Assembly (NCBI RefSeq): GCF_009914755.1
Contig: NC_060936.1
Direction: 5' to 3' (one strand)
Length of the DNA stretch: 64,000 nt
From: the human T2T-CHM13v2.0 reference genome, Homo sapiens
The notes beneath the pieces are model-generated. The model worked only from the letters and a program-made list of their open reading frames with translations, did no database searches and had not been told where the DNA came from. Within the stretch, counting starts at the first letter, position 1, and the number at the start of each line of letters is the position of its first letter. A program made the translations under genes and the position numbers. Below are positions 27,813-45,128 of this stretch, one piece after another.

Positions 27813-30800
27813 ATATGAAAACCATAAAGCTATCATATACAACATCCACTTTCATAATGAGTTCTCCAGAGTTTTGTTAAATAGAAAAGAGCAATGCCAA
27901 TTTAAAGGAAATTCTTAAAAGAATTAAGATAAAAGGTGATATAAGAACATGGCAAAAACTTTCGCTACAATGCACAAATGGCTAAGGTTTAGAAGTCACC
28001 AAAGTAATTTTATGAAATGATTTTAAAATGTGATAGCTTATATCAAAGGTGGTATTTCCCTTTTATCTTAATTATAACTATTATTGAGATAAAGGAGAGA
28101 TCAAAGAAGCAAAGCGGTTGAGATTTTAGCGCAAGGCAGGAATCTTGGGGGTTAGGCGTGAAATCAAGTTTTGGACTGCAGTAGACTCTATACAGTTGCA
28201 GGATGATGGCATTTCCTGGGTGAGTTTCCTTTGGCTGTTTTTGGAACAGCTAACTGTGTTCTTGCTGTCTCAAGGGAGTGGCACTAGGATGACACACAGA
28301 ATCTGTGTGCGTAAAATCCAGGCCAGGTACCAGCCCCTGGCTTCCAAAGAACATTCTGCCCCTGTGTACTCTTCTAGGCCTGGAAGACACCTAGTCTGCC
28401 TACCTGCTGTGGCGTGTAATGGGGCAAATGGCCTCTTGTGGCAGGGGACACTGGGCGTAGGCGTCCATTTATTAAAAATGATTGCTATGATTTTGAGTTG
28501 TACTTCTCTGTGAGAAAGGGGAGAATCAATAATCAATGCCATTTGTAAAGGACAAAAGGAGGCTGTGATCTGGTTAAAATAAATCTGGTGTGCACAGGGT
28601 GTTGGTGACTGGCACTTAGGGCATAAGATTTGTGTATCACCACCTCCATTAGAGCTATTGTCAGATGCTAAGAGGAAATGCTGTATTCCTAGGGCTTCTA
28701 CTTCATCATCCATAAAATAGATATCCTCAAATCAGTGTCATCTTCAACATGATTAATGGATCATTCCTGTGATGTGTCAAAAAGCCTTGCAAATGGACAC
28801 ATTGTGTGCTTTGAAGAAACAAATCACTGAAATCATTGTTTCCTCAAACATGGCTAGTGGGACTCTGTAGGTTTATAAAATGTTTCTGGTAGTAAAGGGG
28901 CAATTTTTAAAATTATATCAATACTTCTATATTTATTTGAATGTTTACCAGAAAATAATATGACATGAAGACAATGCAAAATATGCTATTATTTGAATTA
29001 TAGGTGTGTCCATGTGCACAGTATTTTAGTAAGTGAACATTGCCTTCTGCCACAGTGGTTGGAAGAAAGATCAGATCACATTAATCACCAATAGGGTTTC
29101 TCAGTTTCTAATAAAGCTGATATCCTGTGTTCCTTTTAGTGACACTAAAAAATTTAAGTAATTTTTGGGATGTGGACATGGCAGAAATTGTGAAAGTACC
29201 ACACGACTAACTGAAGTTCGGTAAAATTTGACCTAAGAGATGCCATTGTTAAAATGTTTTTTATATTAGAAGATAATTGCTTTATTTACGCATGCATTTA
29301 TTCAACTAACACTGAATTTGTTATTGGTTAGTTATTAGGCATACTCACATAATTAAGACATGACTTATGACCTTGAATGGCTCATGCTGTATTATGGGAG
29401 ACATAATACAGTTTCAAAAACTCTTCTGTTGATATAGGAATGAAGTATAATGGAAAATGTAGGAATTAAGAACAAAGATTCAGGACAGACATACAGAGGA
29501 GGTGCTATTTGAGTAGGGGTTCACCCAGCAAACAAGAGCAAGGACAGTATGTCAGGTTGTTGGACTCATATCAAAAGTTTGGAGAAATGTGGGAACGTGA
29601 TGCGTGATTCATCTCTTCTTGTTCATTTGTGCAGGGGAAGGGTCTTTTTGATAAGGTGCATTCTGGGGAGAAGAAGTGGCAGTGTGTGAGACTATAAATG
29701 TAAGTAGAGTCTTCAAATACTTTGAAACGTGTTGGAATTTGGACTTAATTTAGGAGCCCAGAATGGCAGAGACAAGATGTGCATGTCACCACCCACCTCA
29801 TGTGCTCATGGAAGACATCACTAATCAATCCCAGCACTCCTTCCAGCTAGGGCCCATTTCTTCTGCAGACAGAAATCTGAGGCTGCCTCTCTGATTGATT
29901 GGAAGTGATAACTGAGATGAAACCTATTTCTAACTTTTGGCAGAGCCTATGGAGCAAGAAAGAGCTTTTAATAAGGATTAGAACATGATGCAAAACAGGA
30001 CAACAGCTGTATCCTAAAAATCTATATATTTAAAACATTTAAACAAATAAAAAGCAATACAGACCAACTTCAGTGCCTTTCCAGTGGAATCAAAGTCACA
30101 TAATCAAGATTTTCTTTGTTTGTTTTAAACATGTTTAATTAGTTACCAATATTGAAAAGTTACGAGATTCAAAATTTGTTGTTTTTCTTAAACAATTTGA
30201 AAATTCAAATACTGTGTCAGTGTTCCCACCTGGCAATGCCCACATCCATCTGATCAGTAGCTGTGGATTTGGCTGGACGGGGTTCAGTCCCATTCACCAC
30301 GGTTGATGGCATTCCCCATCATTTACCGTGAAGCTGCTTCCGTGATTCATGCTACCTGCCTGGATGCTGGAGGGATTTTATTTTCACCTCCTGCTTATCT
30401 ATCCTAACAGATATTCCTAGGTAGAGGTTCTGATAAAAATCATGAATAAATGACATTTTTGTAAATTGAATGATGTTATACATGTATCAGACAAAACTAT
30501 GGGATTTCTTTTCTCATGAAAATCCAGGGTTTCCCATATCAGAACTTTTCTGAATTAAGGAATTCTTAAGTTTTGTTATTGGGGGGTAACTTCTCAGTCT
30601 GTGCAGAACAGGACATTTTCAGAGTCAGGGATTCTACTCAGTATTTCTCACAATAAAAGATGTTGAACATGGGATCTTATAATAAGGTTTTCAATTCCTT
30701 TCCACAAAAAGAGCCTTACGATTTCCAACGCTGGTTCTGATCATGGAGGTGAGATACTGTAATTAAACACTCTTCAATCAGAAATATGGGGGGAAGTGAA

Positions 30801-31718
30801 TTCCTTGGGAGTGAACTTGGAGGTGAACAAGAGTTAGAAATGTCCTCAAACGAAGAAGTGTTGAGAGTATTACTGTGGGTTGTAGGAAGGATAAAGTCCA
30901 TGAAATGGAGAATGAAAATCTGGAAAGGAGAGGAAGGTGATGGGTAGAGCTTCTGTGATACATTTTATTTCAGTGTTTTCATTAACACAAAACTTTTCTA
31001 ACTTATAGGTGAGTATGTCCGCTACTGACAAGATCAAGATTTGAGTCCTGGCATCTGGTCCAGGCTGTCATTGCCGCTGACTTCTCCCCGTGCAGGGTTC
31101 TGGGGAGGGGTGAGCGGTCTCTCTAATGGGATGTCCACAGTCTCTCGACCGTACCTGAGGCAGTGGCATCTGGGCTTGGCATTGTGTCAGCATCTGCATT
31201 TTCACTGTAACAAGAAAATGGTCGACTATTCCATTTTCAGCTGTTCTTGAAACTCCTGTTATCATTTTCTCTTTACAATCCTGGACAGAGTAATGAGGTT
31301 TTAAATCCTTCCAACATGCTCTCAAAGGCAGTCACCAGCTCTGTTAGTGTGACCTTTTCAATACTGCATGATTTACGTGGCTGGCCATTTGTCTCTCCTT
31401 TTAAATAACAGCAAAGAGGGGGAGGAGGGAGTCAGAGGGGCATGTTACAGCAGATATGAAAGGCTCACGGATGCCTTTTAGCTCCCACCAACAGACTTGG
31501 TGTTGGAATGACTGGACTAGCTTTGATCTGGCTGTTAGTTGTTTCCTGAAAACCCATATAAATGTGAAAATGGAAAAACATACACACCCTTGCTTCTATA
31601 TTGCCTTATTAACCTCAGCATTTTCTCATTATTTATCCCCTTTCTCTAAGAGAGATGTTGACTTCTTTCTCAGATAGCTTCTGAAAATATTCTTAGGAGA
31701 CACTGAATCTCCAAGTAA

Positions 31719-32017
31719 TTTTTTTTTTTTTTAGAGACAGGGTCTTGCGATGTTGCCCAGTCTGGAGTGCAGTGGTGTGATCTCTGCAAACTGCACCCTT
31801 TGCTTCCTGGGCTCAAGTAATCTCCCCACCCTAGCCTCCCAAGTAGCTGGGACTACAGGCATGCACCAGCACATCTGGCTAATTTTTTTTTTTTTTTTCA
31901 GAGACAGGTTCTCACGATGTTGCCCAGGCTGATCTCAAACTCCTGGGCTCAAGGGATCCTCCCACCTTGGCCTCCCAAGTGTGCTACAATTACAGAAGTG
32001 AGCCACTGTGCCTAGCC
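31719..32017 (-). mobile_element. Alu (AluJ-like)
   Basis: Poly-T then GAGACAGGGTCTTGC...CTCCTGGGCTCAAG...GAGCCACTGTGCCTAGCC; degenerate TSD CCAAGTAATTTTT / CCAAGCAGTTTTT. Confidence 0.9.
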
Positions 32018-32027
32018 TACCAAGCAG

Positions 32028-32230
32028 TTTTTAAACCACTTTATTAATATATGATTAGACCTATAAAAAGCTGTACATATTTAGTGTATACAACAGGATG
32101 AGTTTGGAGATAAACTGATCACCATTGATGAAAGCACCACCACAATCAAGACCATAAATCTACCCATTTCCTCCAAAGGTGTCATCCTGCTCTCTTTATT
32201 GCATTTATTTTTGTTATAACACACTTAAAA
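32028..32230 (-). mobile_element. Old L1M 3'-end fragment
   Basis: CTTTATT..TAT.ATT.AC.TATAAAAAGCTGTACATATTTA.TGTATACAAC..GATGAGTTTGGAGATAA, an L1MA/MB 3'-end pattern. Confidence 0.6.
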
Positions 32231-32362
32231 ATTCTAGAGCCTATTGATTCAATGATTAATATTCTCAGGGGCTCTGCAATACTCAACACAATGAATTAAC
32301 AACTTGCTTCTGATAGAACTATTTTGGTATTGAAGGAATTCTTTAATTTTAATTATTTTAAT

Positions 32363-32484
32363 CTTTTTTTTTTTTTTTTTAACAAGGTCTTGCTCTGACA
32401 CCCAGGCTGGTGTTCAGTGGTGTGATCACAGCTCACTACCGCCTCCACCTCCTCAAACTCAATCAATCCTCCTGCCTCGGCCTT
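32363..32484 (-). mobile_element. Truncated AluJ/FLAM fragment
   Basis: Poly-T then AAGGTCTTGCTCTG.CACCCAGGCTGG...CAATCCTCCTGCCTCGGCCT. Confidence 0.8.
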
Positions 32485-35400
32485 CTGATGTTTATCTTTC
32501 TTTAATAAAAATGGGATCCTTTTAAATCTCAGGAAGCTTCAGCCAATTTAGATGACCCATAGATTTTAGTACCTGCACCACTCCTGTAATTATATTAATT
32601 TACTGTCTTATCGTACTCTCCAATTCTTCCACATATCTCTATCGTAAACACTTGAAGGAGAAGAGCCTGATGTTTGCGGTTCTTCAGTGCCTGGGCAACT
32701 GTCCTGGTCCAGGTGAGACAGCTTTGCGTAGAGATCACAAAACTGTATGCCTGCAGGACCTAGGCAGGTAGCATGTGTGGGTGGGAAGGATTGTTTTGTT
32801 TTGTTTTTGTATGGTAAAGTTATAGACATATTGTTTACTTTTATAAAGTGCTATGTTGACCCTATGTTTTTCTTCTAAACGTATTCCCGTATGGTTCCCT
32901 TTCATGTCCCCCCTTGAGGGAGGTGCGGACAGGAAGCAAGTATGAAGATAAACCACAGCTGACAGTCAGTCAGCTCAGTGGTGGAGCCACACTTGGGCCA
33001 GTGGCCCTGATGTGTAAGACATCGTTACTCAGTTCCAGCCAGCTGCTGCCATGCGGGGTTGCTGATTTACTGTTTCCACTTACTCTATTTTTTTAAAAAG
33101 AGACTAACATTCTCAATTTTTAAGTGAAAGCTGCCAATTAACAAAATTATTGACTTGTACTCTTTTGAATTTCCCAGAGTAAACAAAATAAAATTCCAGG
33201 CAAGAAAAATCCATGGACTCACCTATTAGCAACTTCCGGTGCAAATAAATGACTCAACTTAATATTAAATATCTCTACACTTCTGTGATTATGGAAGGAT
33301 AGATTTGCATTTTGAACAGATTTCACAGTTACTTTATTTTTTAGCTTAAAATGTATCAAGAGTTAATTCATTAAGCATGTATTTCATATATTTGTCTAAT
33401 GTATAGAAGGCATATTGACGACTATATTCAAGTATGTGTTTTAAGACATATATATGTACATTTGCTTATATATGTGTATATATACCTATATTTTATTATA
33501 TATTCCATTTTAATGTAGAATTGGAGTTATATTTGGTTCTGAGGAATATATATTAATTAGATAGTTTAATTAGGTTTGGTGAGGATCTAAAATGGAAGGT
33601 GTATGATCTATTATTCAAGATAGATTCTATACTCCTTGCTGATTTACTTTTTCTCATTAACAGTTGTCATCGCCACATTTATTTAGCTGATTTGTTATCT
33701 GTCTTCCCCACTGGAACATAGGCACCACGAGGCAGGTTCTCTCGGCATCATTCACTCATGTCCCCAGTGCTCAGAACAGAATCTGTCACAATCTAGGAAC
33801 TCATTAAATGATGGTTGAATAATCGAATGAAAGATTTTGTTTTTGGAGACCATTTTTTAGAAAGCCAAGGAAGGATAATTACTGCTGTCTTGCACTGATC
33901 ACATATCACCTTGGTCCGTTTAATTCATATGTCTGTAGTAACAAAGACAATTCTTGGTGTACTTATCCCAGCTTGGGGATAAGGCAGGCAGGGCTGAATG
34001 CCAAGGGCCACACAGCCCAATCCCCTGTGTTGAGGTGGGCTGGACTCAGGCGTCTGCACCGTGCTTAGGATACAAAGCACTCACTTTTGGGATGCCCCCA
34101 GCCTCAAGAGGGTCAAGACGAAGTTTCCTGGTGACAAGGAGAATGAGGTCTTCCAGGTCAGGATATGTTATGACCACAGGTGGACTCATTGATGCCAGTT
34201 CATTTCACTTTATATTTGACAGACATTACTGAGCATCTACGTTATTCCAGGATCTGTGAAAGTGTGTAATAGAAATAAAACATTTCCATTCACATCTTGT
34301 GATAAATTTTCTGATCAGTTACCTAGAGTCTAGTCTTTGGGGAGGAAGCAGGGGCAATAACTACTCTCAAAAATATGTTAGGGGAGTAAGTAGATAGTTA
34401 AACAAATAAAGGTAACATAGTGGGAAAAAAGCTATAATAGAGAGTATCACAGGCACACAAATGAGGAAGTGATCCTGCTATTTGAAAGTTGGACAAAACT
34501 TCACAGGAGAAAACATTGAATTGCTTCTTTTTTTAAAATGGTCCATATTTATAATAACATGACCTAGAATCCCACCATGCAGAAATAACCACTTTTAACA
34601 TCAGGAAGCAATATTTTTACACTTCCTTTGCATATATAGTGTGTAGAACATATTACTTGCTTCCCTTTTTACTTAATGGTATGCACAAACATATTTCTGT
34701 GGCTTAATTTTTTATGATATCCCATTATTTGTAATTTAAGCAATTGCTATCATCATTTCCCAGTGAGCTACATATTTAGATTAATTTTAGTTTTATTTTT
34801 TCCCCACTGAAAACAATGCTATCATAAGTATCCCTCTTGCTAAATGTTGTATAAATCCATTTGTTTTGCTAGGCTACATTCTTTGTTTCTCGAGATGTTT
34901 TTGTTACACTCTTTTTGAAAGTGCAGAAATTTTAAGGATAAAACTTGATAAATTATCTCAGTATTAACAGGCTTACACACACACCTCTGAAATCAAGACT
35001 TAGAACATTACCAGCATGTCAGAGGTTACCCTGTGCCCCTCTCAATTGTACTGACTTTCTTCTTTTCTGAAGGAACTCTTAAGCTTAATTTTTGGATGTG
35101 AAGTTATGTTTAAAAGGAAGTTCATTTATTAGGCTTTTGAAACATACTGCCAAATTTTCCTCCAAAAAAGCTTTACCTGTCTATCCTATTTCTGTTCACT
35201 TTCTTAAACCTCTATTGTTATAGTAAATACATATATGTATTGTGAATATATATTATAAATATAACTGTATTGTGAATAGATAGTAAATATATGTATACCT
35301 TTTGTAAATATTTATCTATTATAAATATGTATATACAGCATTGTCATTTTGATAAATTGCATCTCAATGATGTCTACTGTGTACTCCTTTGACTACTAAT

Positions 35401-35637
35401 GAGATTAAATGGTTTTCCATATGATTTTTTTTATTATTATACTTTAAGTTCTAGGGTACATGTGCACAACATGCAGGTTTGTTACATACGTATACATGTG
35501 CCATGTTGGTTTGCTGCACCCATTAACTCGTCATTTACATTAGGTATTTCTCCTAATGCTATTCCTCTCCCATCCCCCCACCCCACGACAGGCCCCAGTG
35601 TGTGATGTTCCCTACCCTATGTCCAAGGTTCTCATTT

Positions 35638-39463
<3,826 letters not shown>

Positions 39464-39526
39464 TATGATGTTAGCTGGTTATTTTGTCCGTTAGTTGATG
39501 CAGTTTCTTCCTAGCATCAATAGTCT

Positions 39527-40549
39527 TTACAATTTGGCATGTTTTTGCAGTGGCTGGTACTGGTTGTTCCTTTCCATGTTTAGTGCTTCCTTCAGGAGCT
39601 CTTGTAAGGCAGGCCTGGTGGTGACAAAATCTCTCAGCATCTGCTTGTCTGTAAAGGATTTTATTTCTCCTTCACTTGTGAAGCATAGCTTGGCTGCATA
39701 TGAAATTCTGGGTTGAAAATTCTTTTCTTTAAGAATGTTGAATATTGGCCCCCACTCTCTTCTGGCTTGTAGGGTTTCTGCCGAGAGATCCACTGTCAGT
39801 CTGATGGGCTTCCCTTTGTGGGTAACCCGACCTTTCTCTTTGGCTGCCCTTAGCGTTTTTTCCTTCATTTCAGTCATGGTGAATCTGACAATTACGTGTC
39901 TTGGGGTTCTCTTCTCAAGGAGTATCTTTGTGGTGTTCTCTGTATTTCCTGAATTTGAATGTTGGCCTGCCTTGCTAGGTTGGGGAAGTTCTCCTGGATA
40001 ATTCCTGAAGAGTGTTTTCCAGCTTGGTTCCATTCTCCCAGTCACTTTCAGGTACACCAATCAAATGTAGATTTGGTCTTTTTTCATAGTCCCATATTTC
40101 TTGGAGGCTTTGTTTGTTTATTTTTACTCTTTTTTCTCTAAACTTCTCTTCTTGCTTCATTTCATTAATTTGACCTTCAATCACTGATGCCCTTTCTTCC
40201 ACTTGATCGAATCGGCTACTGAAGCTTGTGCGTGCATCACGTAGTTCTCATGCCATGGTTTTCAGCTCCATCAGGTCATTTAAGGTCTTCTCTACACTGT
40301 TTATTCTAATTAGCCATTCATCTAATCTTTTTTCAAGGTTTTTAGCTTCCTTGCAATGGGTTCAAACATCCTGCTTTAGCTCAGAGAAGTTTGTTATTAC
40401 CGACTTTCTGAAGCCTACTTCTGTCAACTCATCAAAGTCCTTCTCCGTCCTGCTTTATTCTGTTGCTGGTGAGGAGCTGCAGTCTTTGGAGGAGAAGGGG
40501 CGCTCTGGTTTTTAGAATTTTCAGCTTTTCTGCTCTGGTTTCTCCCCAT
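39527..40549 (-). pseudogene. Disrupted L1 ORF1 of the L1PA5/6-like element
   Basis: Frameshifted fragments 39527-40060 and 39975-40202 carry ORF1p motifs (RLTVDLSAETLQARREW). Confidence 0.88.
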
Positions 40550-41624
40550 CTTTGTGGTTTTATCTACCTTTGGTCTTTGATGATGGTGACCTACAAATAG
40601 GGTTTTGGTGTGGATGTCCCTTTTGTTGATGTTGATGCTATTCCTTTCTGTTTGTTAGTTTCCTTCTAACAGTCAGTCCCTCAGCTACAGGTCTGTTGGA
40701 GTTTGCTGGACGTCCACTCCAGACCCTGTTTGCCTGGGTATCACCAGCAAAGGCTGTAGAACAGCAAATATTGCTGCCTGATCCTTTCCCTGGAAGTTTG
40801 TCTCAGAGGGGCACCCGGCTGTATGAGGTGTCAGTCTGCCCCAAATGGGAGGTGTCTCCAAGTTAGGCTACACGGGGGTCAGGGACCCTCTTGAGGAGGC
40901 AGTCTGTCTGTTCTCAGAGCTCAAACACTGTGCTGGGAGAACCACTGCTCTCTTCAGAGCTGTCAGACAGGGACGTTTAAGTCTGCAGAAGTTTCTGCTG
41001 CATTTTGTTCAGCTATGCCCTGCCCCCAGAGGTGGAGTCTACAGAGGCAGGTTGACCTTTTTGAGCTGTGGTGGGCTCCACCCAGTTCAAGCTTCCCGGT
41101 AGCTTTGTTTATCTACTCAAGCCTCAGCAATGGCAGACGCCCCTCCCCAGCCAGGCTTGCTGCCTCACAGTTCGATCTCAGACTAGCAGTGAGCAAGGCT
41201 CCATGGGAGTGGGACCCGCTGAGCCAGGTGTGGGATATAATCTCCTGTTGTGCCGTTTACTAAGACCTTTGGAAAAGCCAGTATTTAGGTGGCAGTGTCC
41301 CAATTTTTGTGGTACAGTCTATCACAGCTTCCCTTGGCTTGGGAAGGGAAATCCCCTGACCCCTTCCACTTCCCAGGTGAGACAATGCCCCACCCTGCTT
41401 CAGCTCACCCTTCATGGGCTGCAGCCACTTTCTGACCAGTCCCAGTGAGATGAACCAGGTACCTCAGTTGGAAATGCAGAAATCACCGGTCTTCTGCGTC
41501 AATCACGCTGGGAGCTGCAGACCAGAGCTGTTCCTATTCAGCCATCTTGGAACGGACTCCGGTTTTCCATATGATTTAAAGTGCTTTACATTACCTGTTT
41601 GTGAATGTCAAATGGCCTATCATT

Positions 41625-42475
41625 TGTGTGTCTTTGTGTGTGCCTGTGTGTGTTTCTATCTCTATGCATATCTGTGTGTGTGTCTTTGTATGTCTGTATG
41701 TGTGCCTGTGTGGCCATATGTGTCTGTGTATGTCTCTGTATGTCTCTGTGTATGTCTGTATGTGTGTGTCTATGTGTGTGTCTGTGTATGTGCCTGCATG
41801 TGTGTCTGTATGTGTCTCTGTGTATATCTGTATGTTTGTATGTTTATATTTCTCTCTGTGTATGTCCGTGTGTGTGTCTATGTATGTCTATATCTGTATA
41901 TGTGTGTGTGTCTGTGTTTGTCTCTGTGTGTTTGTCTGTATGTGTGTGTCTATGTTTGTCTATGTATGTGTGTATCTGTATGTACCTCTGTGTGTGTATG
42001 TGTGTCTGTGTATGTGTGTGTGTGTCTGTGTATGTTTGCAATGTGTATATTTCTCTCTGTGTATGTCCGTGTGTGTGTCTATGTATGTGTGTCTGTATCT
42101 GTATATGTGTATGTGTGTGTATATCTGTATGTGTATGTCTTTGTGTCTGTCTCTGTGTGTGTGTCTGTAAGTGTGTGTGTGTCTGTAATGTGTCTCTGTG
42201 TGTATCTGTGTGTGTCTGTGTATGTCTGTATGTGTGTGTCTGTATGTGTCTCTGTGTGTATTTGTGTGTCTGTGTATGCCTGTATGTGTGTGTCTGTGTA
42301 TGTGTGTGTGTGTCTGTCTGTGTCTCTGTATCTGTGTGTGTCTGTGTATGCCTGTATGTGCGTGTCTGTGTATGTGTGTGTGTGTGTGTCTGTGTGTGTC
42401 TCTATATTTGTGTGTCTGTGTATGCTTGTATGTGTGTGTCTGTGTGTGGGACTATGTATGTGTGCGTGTGTGTGT
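41625..42475. repeat. ~850-bp degenerate (TG)n / TGTCTG / TATG low-complexity repeat
   Basis: Continuous TG-rich run with internal higher-order duplications. Confidence 0.95.
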
Positions 42476-42941
42476 TTTTTCCTTCTAGGTCCTTCTTGGG
42501 GCTTGCCTTCTTGGCCACATCTTTAATGACCTGGATATAATTTTTATGAGGACTTAGACATTAGCTATCACTTTCCATTAACATCTTGCAATAAATTTTC
42601 TGATCAGCTGACTAGAGCCTAGACTTTGGAGAGGAAGCAGGGGAAACAATTTAGCTCCAAAAATTAACTAGGCCTGCCTGAAATTATTGTTCAGACAAGC
42701 CTTGGGTTGTGGTTTTGCATAACAGAGTTCCAAATTTAATATCATTCTGACTTAAAACTTCATCTGGTCTTCCAGTGATGACCTTGATTAATTGTGCTTA
42801 AAGATTTCTGAAGATGTGTAATATTTTGAATTGAATATGACAGGGGTTTTAATATATTCAACCTCCTGCATTTCATTTTTGTGACTGAGGAGACTGGGTC
42901 AGCTTTTAGCATCCTATAAATTACCTCCTCTTTACTCTTGC

Positions 42942-43850
42942 TTTTTTTTAAAATAACAGCTTTATTGAGATATAATTCACATGCCATATATATACTTCCC
43001 CAGTTTAAAGTATATGATTCAATGGTTTTTAGTATATTCCCAGAGTTATGCAACCACCTCCACAGTAAATTTTAGAACGCTTCCATTGCCCCAAAAGCAA
43101 CTCCTTCCCATTAGCATTCCCTCCCCATCTCTCTAATATGCCCCTTCCTTGAGATCCTGGCAACCAATATTTTTTTTTCTGTGTGTATGAATTTGTCTAT
43201 TCTGGATATTTCATAAAAATAGAATGATATAATATGTAGTATTTTGTGACTAGCTTCTTTCACTTAGCATAATTTTTAGGTTTATTCATGTTGTATTAGG
43301 TAACAGTGCTTCATTTCTGTTTTTTTCCTCTTAATAATACTCCATGATATGCATATACCATATTTTGTTTATCCATTCATTAGTTGATGGACATTTGAGT
43401 TGTTTCCAATTTGGGCTATTAGGAGTAAAATGTTGCTATAAACATTCTTGCATAAGTCTTTGTATGGACATAGGTTTTTAATTTTCCCGAGTATGTACCT
43501 AGGAGTGGAAATGCTGCATGATAGGTTTACTCCACATTTAACCTTTTGTGGAGCTGCCAGACTGTCTTCCAAAGTGGCCAAACCATTTTACTTTCTTACT
43601 GTAAGTAGATGAGGTTTCCAATTTCTCCTCATCTTTGGCAGTATTAGTCATTTTATGTTTTTTTTCTATACAGCAAGCCTAATGGGTGTAAAGTAGCATT
43701 TCATTTTCATGTATTGCATTTCCTTCATGGCTAATAATTCCAGGCATCTCTTCCTGTGCTTATTGGCCAGTTGTATATCTTCCTTAGAGAACTGCCTTTT
43801 CAGATCCTTTCCCCATATACAAATTGGGTTACTTTTTATTATCGAATTGT
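42942..43850 (-). mobile_element. L1MB-like 3' fragment
   Basis: CAGCTTTATTGAGATATAATTCACA...AAAGT.TA..ATTCAATGGTTTTTAGTATATTC, CTTCTTTCACTTAGCATAAT, GATGGACATTTG.GTTGTTTCCA. Confidence 0.8.
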
Positions 43851-45128
43851 ACTTCCTTGGTCTTCTATTTCACTTGCGGATGAGCTACTGGTGTGAAGGC
43901 AGAACTTCTGGGCAGCGCACGTGCTCATCTTTTGCTTCCTCCATGACACAGAGAGGTTTCTGTGTCCACATTGCACCTAAGAGTAAATGAAAGCACCGGG
44001 GCTGCCAGCCCCTGTGGAAACTTCTCCAGCTCACTCCAGTCCCCACTCAGCCTGCTTCCTGCATCAGCACTACTTGCCTGGCCCTGGAGATATCAGAGTT
44101 TAGAATCCTTGATGGAGAATGTGGGGGCACTTAGGGAGGTAAACACTGCACCTTCTTATAGGAAGAAAAGGTAAACAAGCTCAAGTCTTGAATTTACTGA
44201 TCAGAGATAGCACTTCTTATGTGCTACCCTCCTCTGATGAACATCACTAGAAGATTTTACTCTACAAGCTATAGAGCCATGATCTCATTTTTTTTAAGTA
44301 CAGGAAATTTCTCATATAGCTGTCTGTTACTTTCTGTTAATTTGGGCATGGAAATGCATTGTAGTATTATAAATTTGGCCAACTCCTAAGTATCAATATA
44401 AGCAGGTGAGATATATATATTTTTTTGTAAATATGTTTTGCTGAATTATGTGCCTGGATTTTATAGATGATCATTATAAAGGTGACTCATTTTTCATAAT
44501 GTGAACATTCCATGAAAACATCTTTAGCGTAATTTGCCTATACAAATTTCTAGAGAAATATATTAAGCAGTCAGGTGTTTACTTATGCTATTTAAATTAT
44601 TAATTTAATTGAACATATATGTGGTTTTAAAAATCATATCCACAAAATACATTAATTCTAAAATACAATTTATTATTAACCATTTCACATTTCTTGAATC
44701 ATTTTAATTGCCCTCCTCACTGGCACCTTTAACATTAGTGTCTGCATCGCTAGAGGCACATTCGCAATCCCCTTATAATTTTTCTGAGCAAAACAACTTC
44801 ACTTCAGTTGAAGTAATTGGGGACATAGCATTGTTTTTAAAGGTTTCAGTGTGGCCACTGGAAATTCCCACACATAGGTTGTTGAAGTTTTGTCTTCCTC
44901 TAGGTGGATATTTACTATCACTACAACATAATTGCTTTCCATGTTACTTCTTAAAGCAATATTTAATTGACTTTTAATAATTACTTTTAAAAAATGACTT
45001 TTGCATTAATATTCAACACTTATAATTATGAAGCTACATCCCAAGCGGGGAAATATGAAGAAGGCTGTGTTAATTATTTTTGCCTTTTTTCCCCAAACTG
45101 TCTATGGCAGTTGACCTCTGTAAATATC

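Noticed and set aside
27577-27918. YI/HT/CV-repeat ORFs
   Set aside because: Microsatellite translations.
28145-28713. 122-aa (+) and 147-aa (-) ORFs in unique sequence
   Set aside because: No recognisable domain or clear splice framing; lengths are within chance for 64 kb.
41414-42540. 370-aa, 311-aa and 189-aa Cys/Val-rich ORFs
   Set aside because: Translation of the TG-rich repeat, which lacks stop codons in several frames; not a protein.
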